From contig NC_043007.1 of assembly GCF_006345805.1 (NCBI RefSeq), positions 37,138,001-37,202,000 of the forward strand: a stretch of DNA of 64,000 nt, written 5' to 3'. The notes below the pieces were generated by a model, which made no database searches, was not told the DNA's origin, and worked only from the letters and a program-made list of their open reading frames with translations. The stretch is from Octopus sinensis (Eukaryota). Position 1 is the stretch's first letter. The number at the start of each line of letters is the position of its first letter. The translations under genes and the position numbers were made by a program. Positions 26,329 to 37,128 of this stretch are shown in pieces.

Positions 26329-26446
26329 TTAGAATGACAAAGGAATAAACAATTATGTTATGAACCTCATTAGCTTACAGCTGTTTCTGGTATAAGATGC
26401 AATTCACTCATAGATGAATGCGTCAGTAACACTTTATACATATATA

Positions 26447-26720
26447 TCATCATCATCATCATCGTTTAACGTCCGCTTTCCATGCTAGCATGGGTTGGGC
26501 GATTTGACTGAGGACTGGCGAACCAGATGGCTGCACCAGGCTCCAATCTTGATCTGCCCTTCCTAACACCAACCACTCCGAGTGTAGTGGGTGCTTTTAC
26601 GTGCCACCAACACGGGGGCCAATCAGGCAGTACTGGCAATGGCCACGCTCAAATGGTGTGTCTTATGTGCCACCTGTGCAGGAGCCAGTCCAGCGGCACT
26701 GGCAACGACCTCGCTCAAAT
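26447..26720 (-). mobile_element. RTE-tail element copy
   Basis: (cat)n-cgtttaacgtccgctttccatgctagcatggg... Confidence 0.8.
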
Positions 26721-27641
26721 ACATAGTCATGGGTTGGACGGTGTGACAGGAGCTGACCAGGCTCCCTGTCTGTTTTGGCATGGTTTCTATGGCTGGATGG
26801 CCTTCCTAATGCCAAATAGTGATATTTTGAAATCGTTTAATACACACATTTCAGGTCTGCATAATATATAATAGGAAACACATCCATTACATAAGATCTT
26901 CCTCAGTTAAAACATTTCAAAATATGAACGAGCTGAAGAAAATATTTCTATATTTATCTATTTCTTTACTACCCACAAGGGGCTAAAAAAGAAGGGACAA
27001 ACAAGGACAGACAAACGAATTAAGTCGATTACATCGACCCCAGGGCGTAACTGGTACTTAATTTATCAACCCCGAAAGGATGAAAGGCAAAGTTGACCTC
27101 GGTGGAATTTGAACTCAGAACGTAACGGCAGACGAAATACCGCTAAGCATTTCTATATTTATCACCAGAGCAGTAAGTTGGCTGCTAAATTAGGAGGATG
27201 AATATGTATATATATATATAGAGAGAGAGAGAAAAAAAGAGAGATATATGAAGAGGGGAAGGAAAGGAAGACCATTTTTGAAAGGAAATGGGATGACTGC
27301 ATTGATGGTTGTATGGTTCCAGTAGAGCCATCCATACATGGTTTTATGAAAAGAGTTTGCTAGTCCCTTACTGTGTCTTTTCTAGAGAAAGTGACACTGC
27401 GAGTTATCTCCCATGATCTTCCTTGTGGTTGATTTAACAAGAACGAGAGAAAAGAATTGACTCTAATATTTGACTGGGACTTTATCGACCCCATACAATT
27501 GAAAAGCAATGTTGACCACGGTGGGATTTGAACACAGGATGAAAAGAACCAGAGCAAGGCATACTATTTGATAATAATAGAAATACAGTTATAATAGAAG
27601 ATAAAAAATTTAATAGTTCAAAATATTAAACAAAATCTTAC

Positions 27642-27681
27642 ATTTCTCCTCCGTAAGTTGTTTCAGTACTTCACCAACAAT
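27642..27681 (-). CDS. PSMC6: PSMC6 exon 3 (40 nt)
   Basis: ttacag|IVGEVLKQLTEEK+T|gtaaga; phase 0 to 1. Confidence 0.96.
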
Positions 27682-28779
27682 CTGTAAGAGAGAAAGAGAG
27701 ATTATTGTGAGCTGAAGACATATTTGTCAGTTTACGTTTGATAAAAATTGCCATGGGAACATTTTAATCCTAAGCATCAGTATCGTCTAAATATATTTAC
27801 ATTTTACAAACAGGTTGACTTTATCATCATTGCCATCATTTTACACCCATTTCCCCATACTGGCATTGGTTGGACAGGACACTTAGGGTTTTAGAGCCAG
27901 ATGCAGTTTCTGGTGCCACCCCTCAGATACACAGTGATGTAGTGTAGTTTTTCTAAAACTGGGAATATATATATGAACTGATCATCATTATCATTTAGCA
28001 TCTGCTTTCCATGCCGGCATGGGTTACACAGTTTGACTGGAACTGGTAAGCCAAAGAGCTGCACCAAGTTCTAGTCTGATTTGGTATGGTTTCTACAGCT
28101 GGATGCCCTTCCTGACACCAACCACTCCAAGAGAGTATAATTATATCATTCATCGTTTACTTCATCCTTTACTTCTTTTAATCATTAGACTGCAGCCATG
28201 CTGGGGCACCAACTTGAAGAATTTTAGTTGAGTGAATCAATTCTTGTACTTTTGTAAGCCTGCTACTAACTCTCTTGGTCTCCTTTGCCAAACAACTAAG
28301 TCGCAGAGATGCAAACACATCAACACTAGTTGCCAAGTGCTGGTGGAAGACAGAGACACACACAGAAATATATATGATATATATGATAAGCTTTTTTCAG
28401 TTTCCATCTGCTAATTCCACTCACAAGGCTTTGGTCAGCTGAAGACTATAATAGAATACAATTGCCCAAGGTGTCACACAGTGGAACTGAACCTAGAATC
28501 ATAAAATTGAGAAGCAAATTCCTTACCACAAAGCTCCACCTATGCCTCATATATAAGTAATCATATGATCAATCCTATTCTAAACACTGGGATACACAAC
28601 TTCTGACGTAATGTTTAAAAGCAGGATTCCCTACTCAACACCAGTCTCATTAGTCACTATTATGACATGCAGAGATATGGAGTACCTATTTTGAAAACCA
28701 AGAAATAGACACTCAATCTGCTAGAAGTGATAGCCAAACCTCCTTTCAAACACACTCTGCCATCTAAAAGGAGCAAGGA

Positions 28780-29160
28780 GATCATCATCATCGTTGCTTA
28801 ATGTCCGCTTTCCGTGCTGGCATGGGTTTGACGGAGGACTGGTGAACCAGAGGCTGCACTAGGCTCAATCTGATCTAGCAAAGTTTCTACATCTGGATGC
28901 CCTTCCTAAAGCCAATCACTCCGAGAGAGTAGTGGGTGCTTTTACATGCCACTGGTACGAGGGCCAGTCAGCAGTTCTGGCAACGACCATGCTCAAAAGG
29001 TGCTTCTTACATGCCACCTGCATGGTAGCCAGTCCGGCGCCACTGGCAACAACCACTCTCGAATGTTGTTTTTCACATCTACCGGCACATGTGCTGGTAA
29101 GGCGACGCTGGCAACGACCATGCTCGAATGCTGCTTTTTACGTGCCACTGGAGCCAGTCC
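28780..29160 (-). mobile_element. RTE-tail element copy (diverged)
   Basis: atcatcatcatcgttgcttaatgtccgc...ggatgcccttcc... with internal repeats. Confidence 0.75.
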
Positions 29161-29342
29161 ATGGCCCTGGCAAACATGAAAAATTAATAGGAAAACCATG
29201 GTTGAGAGACTTTTGATCAGAGCTGATTTTATGCAAAAGTAAAAATAAAACCTTTGTAACTGTGCACACAACTTCCTATAATAAGAGTTCACACCTAATC
29301 AAAAAAATGAGTTGGTGTATTTTTAATAACACAATTTCTTAC

Positions 29343-29422
29343 CTGTCCAACACTCTGAAGAGCTTTTAAATCATTCTCGGATTTATCATATTGTTTTGTA
29401 AGTTCTTTCAATTCTTCACGAG
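29343..29422 (-). CDS. PSMC6: PSMC6 exon 2 (80 nt)
   Basis: ctgtag|(S)[26 protein letters not shown]|gtaaga; phase 1 to 0. Confidence 0.96.
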
Positions 29423-30526
29423 CTACAGAGAGAAAACAGAGAAAATAATTCCATTACTTTATAAATATATCATGTAGTCAAAAGATATACATATGCAATA
29501 AGCAGGTATTGTTTTTTTTTTATTTTGCCTTCTAACTCTATTCTGATATGCATGCAAAACATCAATCTACTTCTCACCCTTCTTTTTATTTCTTTTGGTG
29601 TGCCATTCACTGTACAACATTCCATTTCATATTTTGTGTGTGTGTGTATGCTAACATTTTGTTCATCACCTTTTAAATTTTTGTCTGCCAGCCATGACCT
29701 CTCATGTTGCCCAACTGTCCATCTCATATTCCTCTCATTCCATTTGTGCTATTTACCAAATATATATGTGTGTAAGTGTGTATAAATAGGTGTTGTAAGA
29801 AGCTTGCTTCCCAACCACATGATACCTAGGGCAAGTATCTTCTACTATAGCATGGGGCCGACCAAAGCCTTCTGAGTGGATTTGGTAGAGGGAAACTGAA
29901 AGACACCCATTGTATATGTGTGTGTGTGTGTGTTTTGAATTAATTATGTGTTACCTTGTAGCTTTGAGATTTTTATGATATAATTGTATATTTTAAGAAT
30001 GATATCATAGGGTAGGTGTGAGAGATGAGATCTGGCTGGTTTGAGCATAAAATAGGTAGAGTATTTGAGCCAGACATGGCCGGTTTAAGTGTTAAAGGGT
30101 TAAGTAACAATAACAATGATAGAGAGAGGTAAGTGTATATACAAGCATAACTTTGTAGTTAAAACTTTTGCTTAATCACAGTAGTTCTTACCATCTCAAA
30201 ACGTCTCCTTGCAAACATTAACTGCATTAACCTCACCTGTCTCAGAGGGTTTATGAATACCATAATCAAAAGCATTTTTTCCACACCAAATAAAAACAAA
30301 AAGAACACACTAACACATTATATGTCAATTGTCTTTTACTTGTTTCAGTCATGAGACTGCGGTCATGCTGGGGCACCACACAGTAAACATTTTTATTTTT
30401 TAGCTGAATGTCTCAACCCCAATACTCATTATTTTTTCAAACATGATACTTATTCTATCAGTCTTTTTTGCCAAAACACTAACTTATTGGGACAAACACA
30501 CACATGTATATATATAAATGCACACT

Positions 30527-30693
30527 CGATGGAAGGAAAAACCAGTAGCGCTTCCAAATGCAGTTGCTGTATGCATGATTGCCACTTCCATGTGGGCCTC
30601 TACAGCCATAGCATACACTGCACCACCATTAGCAGTTGACAAGATTTCTTCAGGGCGCAGATCTGTGGACTCTCAAGACTGATTGATGCCTAC
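30527..30693 (+). mobile_element. RTE (BovB-like) LINE C-terminal zinc-finger fragment
   Basis: Translates SKCSCCMHDCHFHVGLYSHSIHCT, resembling the C..C.RDCHSRIGLYSHSRRC motif ending some RTE ORFs. Confidence 0.55.
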
Positions 30694-30808
30694 TAAATAT
30701 ATATACACACAGAGTTTCTATCTACCAGATCCACTCAAAAAACTTTGGTCAACTCGAGGCTAGTAGAAGTCACTTGCCCGAGGCACCACACAGTGGTTAG
30801 GAAGCAAA

Positions 30809-30848
<40 letters not shown>

Positions 30849-31239
30849 CATCATTTTCAAATCTACTTTTTCATGCTTGCATGGGTCAGATAGAATTTTA
30901 TTGAGGTGGATTTTCTACGACTTTCCTGTCTTCGACCCCTATCTATTCCCAAATGAAGTAATTAATTTTTTCACTTGACTAGGCATGCTTTCATGGAAGA
31001 CTGGAAACAAAAAATGCTGCTTGCATGATAGTGACACTCTCAACAATCATGCAAGGGTACAACAGCACACACACACACACAACAGGCTTCTTCCAGTTTC
31101 CATCAACCAAATCCACTCACAAGGTTTTAGTCAGCTGCAATTTCAGACCAAAACCACATGGTTCAGAAACAAAGTTCTTACTACACAGTCACATGTGTGT
31201 GTATGTGTAAAGTGAGCATGAACAACATAGTATAAATGT

Positions 31240-32400
31240 GCTGAGAGAAAAACTGAGCATGAGAGGAATCAGATGTGCAAGAAAGAAGACTACATTAGTA
31301 TGAAACATGTGATGCATATTGATGAAAACAGCTGTATAAAGATGCGTGGAAGAGGGAGAACCAAGAAAATGTGGGGCAAAGTGATGAAGGCTGACCTCAG
31401 AACCCTGAGCCTCACAGAAGAGATGACAAAGAACCAAAATGTGTGACAATACACAATTCTCAAGAAGACCTGCCTACTGCAGGGAAACTAACTTCTGGAA
31501 GCATTGTGTGTGTGTGCCTTGCTCAACCTTCTATCATACTCATAATCTCTCTCACTACAGCTCTCCTTTAATATCACTTTTTTTTTTCTTGTTATCCAGA
31601 ATCAATTTTACTTGTTAGCTATTCTTCATACATGAAGACTGGTCTCTCACCCCATGTTTCATTGATCATCCCACTCCCATAAACCACCAAATTATCTCTT
31701 TATGCACTATGCCAGCCTTTCTCTGACCACGTCATCTCTTGCTTGTTCAACCTGTCAACTGTATCATAATTACTATCCTGCTCCTCTGCATCCCTCTATC
31801 TTTCCCAATTTATACATGAATTGTCATCCTCCATCCCTTGTCCACCATTCCCTACATTCACCCTTCAACCCTATCTAATCTTTATAGTTGTTACCTACCT
31901 CCCATCTCTTGCAAATTTCCCATACTTTCCTAGTTCCTCTGCCCCAATCACTTTTACTTATCTTGTACCTTGATGAGACACCTAGATACCTCTTCACCAC
32001 TATCATTTTTTCAGAATCTATTGATTATTCTCGTCTTCTCTTCTAAATGTGAGTAGATATGTCTAACTCCTCTACAAGAACCTGCTCTGTCCCCACCCTT
32101 CTCTCATTCCACGCACGTAACTCTCAGTCCTTAAGTCACTTTGTAACCCCTCATCCCTTAGTATAAAACCAACATCCACTTGGGTTTCATAGTTATGCAA
32201 ACTTCATAGTGACTTCACTAGTGCCAATGGTATGAAACAAAAACATCCAGTACACACTATAAAGTGTTTGCTGTAATGAAGAGCAACCAGCTGTAGAAAA
32301 CAAAGCAGAAATTGGCGCACGATGCAGTCAGTGAACACAACAGATCCTATCAAACCATCCAACCCATACCAGCATAGAACATAGGCATTAAATTATGAAG
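31240..32400 (+). mobile_element. Decayed RTE LINE 3' end with long CT-rich 3' UTR
   Basis: Frameshifted ...GRGRTKKMWGKVMKADLRTLSLTEEMTKNQ, CT-rich tract, then degenerate tail ccagctgtagaaaac...ccatccaacccatacc. Confidence 0.6.
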
Positions 32401-33082
32401 TTTGATAAGTTCTACGCACGTAACTCTCGGTCCTTAAGTCACTTTGTAACTTCTGTCGATCAAAAATTATATATAATCATGGTATAAGTTCTATTTTTCC
32501 CGTTTTGTTACCAAACACACACACACACCAGAGCCTCCCTCTTTTCTGATTAATCCCTGTCTTAGAGATTTATCTTATCTTGAGATGAAATTCACAATTA
32601 ACGTTGTTTAGCTCCTTGGGATCGAGTAAATCTTTGATTAAAGGCGTTCCAGCCATGACCATCCCATTCTATTTTAAAGGAATATATCCAGATCTAAATA
32701 GGTTTTTTTTTTCTCAAATATAAAAGATTGTAGTTTGAGGAAGATTAAACGGATATTTTTAGCAGGCAGCATATGGGATCCCTCGTTGCCTCATTTGTAA
32801 TATTTAACAGGTGTAAATTTTTGCTTTAATAACGAAATACTATCTACAGTTATATCCAATTTGCAGAATGTTTGACTATTTTACTGTCGAGTTCAACAAT
32901 TAATCAATATGTAATTAAATATAATAGGGACGAAACAAATTGTAACATAAATATTTAAAAATAAAAAAAAGAAACATCTGAGGTTTTTTGTTAGACACAT
33001 GAAATAATGCATTGTTTATGAAACGGTGTTAAGAAATCAATGCATTAAATATTACTTGAGAGACGTTATGTAAAAGACTTAC

Positions 33083-33188
33083 ATTGCTTGAGTTTGTCTT
33101 CTATTTCTTTATGCTCAGTAAGCTTTTTTCTATAATCAGTGAGAGCTTTTTCTCGGGAACCATCAACAGTGATTCCAGTGGCCGTCAT
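33083..33188 (-). CDS. PSMC6: 26S proteasome regulatory subunit 10B (Rpt4), exon 1
   Basis: ATG at 33188. Encodes MTATGITVDGSREKALTDYRKKLTEHKEIEDKLKQ +1 nt, then donor GTAAGT. Matches the Rpt4 N-terminus (..KAL.DYRKKL.EHKEI..). Confidence 0.93.
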
Positions 33189-33446
33189 TTTTAACTAGTC
33201 ATGCTAACCGGTGTAAAATAAAATAAATTACCATTCAATTCTTATTGTAGGCATCAAACTATTATTTCTGGAAAGTGAAACAATATTGATCGTATTTTAA
33301 TAATAACAGAATAAAAAATAATGACGAAAAATATTTATTTAAACATTATTATCTCTAAACATTATAAAGTGTTGATTCTTTTTTTTCTTTTCTTTAAATT
33401 AAACTTCACAGAAAAAGAACTCATATTGTAATCCCGCACATAGCTA

Positions 33447-33454
33447 ACTTCCGG
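33447..33454 (-). promoter_or_regulatory. ETS-type motif CCGGAAGT in the putative PSMC6 promoter
   Basis: acttccgg on plus, ~260 nt upstream of the PSMC6 ATG; a second core acttccgc at 33755-33762. Motif match only. Confidence 0.4.
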
Positions 33455-36400
33455 TTCTGGAAATTTTATTAATTTGTTTTGTAACAAGCTTGTCATGCGT
33501 TTTAATTATGTTTCTAGGATTATATAAGTTTGATTATGAAAATGTAATTACACCGAAAATTTTCCAAATAATTTTCTATATAATTTTACTTTTGCTTTAA
33601 AGTGGTTTCTTTCACAAGAGCAGAAATATTGCCCACTCCCTCCAATATTTAAAGAACGTGTAAAAATGTTATTTTCATATCTCTCCCAAGAGTATTAGTT
33701 CTCTAAAAAAAATTATACATATTCGACCTAGAAATTAAACGGTATTACGATCCCACTTCCGCACTGTTTCAAATTTTGTTTCGCTCATTAGGCAGTCTTT
33801 TGTACAAAGTGCGATCGGCTTTTGAGAAAGAATGGATGAAATAGATATCTATAATTTGAACTTTGAAGATAATGGAATGAAACTACTGTTACATAGGTCC
33901 TACGAAGTCTGCCAATTTCATACTAGTCACCTTTTTTATGTGTCATGCCCTTTCCAAACGTTTGAGGGGAAAATGTACAGGAACATCATTGCAGAGGACC
34001 GACAATCTGGGGGGGGGGAGCTAAACGAAGTGGTTAGTACGAGGTCTGAGGAACTGGACCCAATACTGGTGACAAGAAAATGAGAGATGATTGTGCTGGA
34101 AGTGCCTTTATTGGAGTGGTATAAGACAATTTAGCTCCAGGAACAAAGACCATTGTGGTAGGCAGAGAGAAGGGACAGCACATCTCTGGGTCAGAAACAG
34201 GAGTGCACTTTTTTTATGCGGTTTTAGTATGTGCTCTCCTTTCAGAACCACTTGGATTTAGAGGTTTTTGGGTCAATACGAAAATCCAGTCTTTCGTTTG
34301 TTTCCTGGGAGACTCCATCTCGTTTGCCTCTGTTGCGGGTGAGAATGTTGAAGTTGTTGACCGCTTCACTCATCCCGGCAGGGTAGCCCAAACAGCATTA
34401 GCTGCGTGTCTAAAGTCTTAAAAGACCTGGACGTACTGGTGCAGTTACGGATTCACTAGACAAGGGTGTTTGGCGCTGCTGATATCTGAGCAGTAGGACA
34501 AAGGTTCAGGTCTTCAGGTCTCTGATCCTCCCTATCTTGTTAAATGATTTGGACACTGTTCGGGGCCCTGAACTCCTTTGTACAAGGACATTTCGCAAGG
34601 TAATAGGTTACCACTGGTCGGATATTGTCTCCAACCAACGACTTTATTCAGAAACTGAGATGCATACTGTTATTTGTATAATTCAGGAGCGTATATTACT
34701 TATATAATTCAGGAGCGTAAGTTCAGACTGTTTAGTCATGTTGCTGGATTTTCCGAATTGGCTCTTGCGTAACGTGTTCTCTTCTCCAAGGATCCGGCTG
34801 CGGTGACGGTTCGTGTTAGTTGACCACATTCCATATGGTCAGGGTGACTGAGGAGTATCTCGTAAAGATAGGGACTGAGTGAGACACTGCTTGGTATGTT
34901 TCCCAGGATAATCAGAGCAAATACCGATAAGGGAGTATGCAACGACAGGCTGCACTGACGCAAATGGGTATATGGAGCGCCAAAACGTCCTAGTTGTGAG
35001 AGCAACTCCATCGTGGATCTGGATTGAACTTTGTAGGGGGTAAATTGTTAGAGAAAAAAGTTTGTTTGTTATTTTATTATTTTTCGTTTCTTTTTCTTCC
35101 TTTTCTTTTTTTTTTTAGCTTCATAGAGAAATCCTAGTCTTTCTGGTGCAATATTTTGCTCTGTTGAGGATAGGCATTCACTAGGGGAGATCTTCAGTGA
35201 TGGTGAGTAGCTAGCATTAGTAGACACTTAGAAATTTCTGCTTAGGTGCTATTTGTACATAGGGGCGGGATCCAATATTGTTTTCTTGATATTCGTTGTG
35301 ACTACCTCTCTACTGAAGAAACTATTGCTTTTTGAAGTTAATTTCGAGATCATGGTGTCAGTGCAAGTTTGTGAAATGTCTAGGGTTAGGGTTAGGACTA
35401 GAGTTCTTTGGTTTGGAATGGTATTGTGTAAGAATGAGTAGATTTGAAGGCGACAACTAGCAGGTCGTTAAGTGTGCATCAGAGAGACATCCAAAACGCG
35501 CCGGCTTGGAGCAATCTGGAAATGATTAGAGCTTATGGGTAGGCAGTTTTGAATGAATTACGTGTCAGGTACGGTTTGACTGCTTTTCTGATTTCAAGTG
35601 TACTAACAATGTTTTCATCAAATTTCTCGCGGGGGAGGGCAAGGGTCAATTGAGAGTTGACATAGAAGTTCTCCAAGCGTTACAGACCATGTCCTTTGCT
35701 CGAACTGTTACAGAACAATCGGCAAATTTGAGTTTTTGTTTGTGTAGGCAGGCGGATAGAAAGACGTACCTAAGAGGATGGTTTTAGTCACCTGCATAGC
35801 TGTCTCTGATGATTCGCTAGTGAAGTACATATGCGGCAAAGTATAGCGCAGAATTGGTGGAGTTCCGCTAAGTCAACTGATTGAAAGGCCATAGGGTCAG
35901 AGGAATGGGTGTTGCGAAGTTTGTAGATGCATAATGGATAGTTGGGTTAAGGCAGGGGTTGGACAACCCGATAGGTGAAGGGGTGGTAGCAGTTCGGTAG
36001 AGAAAGAGAAAAGTATTTGGAGGTGTCTGTTGGGTGTCAAAGAATGGACCCAATCTTGGCTTGATCGAAATCCATGGATATTAGATTAGAGTAAATAGGC
36101 TCGTTGAACGATTTTAGTATCATAAATTAATTTTTGCTTTTAGTGACAAAGATGGTGTTAGCGTGTCGTGAGATCCCAATAACGATCCTGTGTCGGAAGC
36201 CTGGAATGAATACTTATAAAAGATCGAACTCTAAACGTGAACTAACAGGTCATATTAGACAGGACAGCGTGATGCGTCAACTTCCACCAAAGTGATCCTC
36301 TCCATGCTCGCTAGGCCTACCGTATAAATCGCAGGAGAAAACGAAGGATCGCCTACATCAGGATTACGGAAGACAATGCACCAATCATCATCAATATAGT

Positions 36401-37014
36401 CAAGTGCAGGCTATCGTACCCAACGTAGTGAGCCATTTAGGATTTTCGTAAAAGCCAGGAGGGAAAGAAGAATTGGTAAATCAACATTATTAATAAGGAA
36501 ACCTCCACATGTCGCGTTCACTCAGCAGGAACAAAAGCCAAACTTCTTCCAAAGTACACTTCACCATCCTATCTAAAAAGACATACTAATTGCGAAAAGC
36601 GACGGGATGATTGTGGCTGGAATAACCACGACCACAGGTCCGCTCAAACAGAAACAGCACAGAGGAAACAGGAAGAATTCTTGCCCAGTAAGGCAAGGGA
36701 GTGAACCCTGAACTTCAATTTGATCAACCGACCTACTTCAAGAATGACATCATACTCCTATTTAAACCAACTAATTAATAATATTCATATATTTTTCAAA
36801 CCTATAAGTGATACCTAAAAGTCAATTATTACAATCGTTGACAAAAAAAAATAAAAATTAAGCATTGTAAGGAAAAATTAATGAAGTTCTATTGGGAGAA
36901 GTTTCGTTTCGTTTTGTGTCATAAGCTGAGAACTGTTTCGTTCCAGTTATATGCATTCCTTTTAAATTTTTTCATCAACTTCTCCAATGTGTGTATATTT
37001 AGTTAAAAGCTACA

Positions 37015-37128
37015 ATGGCTGCTGACGATGACGGGAAACAATCTCTGAATATCCGAAACTTACCTAAAGAAGTTTTCAACAAAATCCTGACTTATTTACA
37101 GTTTCAGGAAGTCAGCGAAATACGTCTG
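37015..37128 (+). CDS. FBXO28: F-box only protein 28-like, exon 1 (F-box)
   Basis: MAADDDGKQSLNIRNLPKEVFNKILTYLQFQEVSEIRL|gttcgt. LP.E....IL.YL F-box signature; in frame with exon 2 (RL|VC). Confidence 0.88.

Noticed and set aside
33832-34083. ORF starting MDEID, resembling the AAA Walker B (FMDEID) of PSMC6
   Set aside because: It is on the opposite strand, has no similarity beyond five residues, and the real Walker B is in exon 7. Coincidence.
35381-35396. Interstitial telomeric repeat (TTAGGG)
   Set aside because: Fewer than three units; expected by chance in 64 kb.
36387-36398. YIDD reverse-transcriptase-like motif on the minus strand
   Set aside because: Flanking residues are not RT-like, and it lies ~450 nt from the PAL/PFLD-like segment, too far for the usual spacing. 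Not used as evidence.
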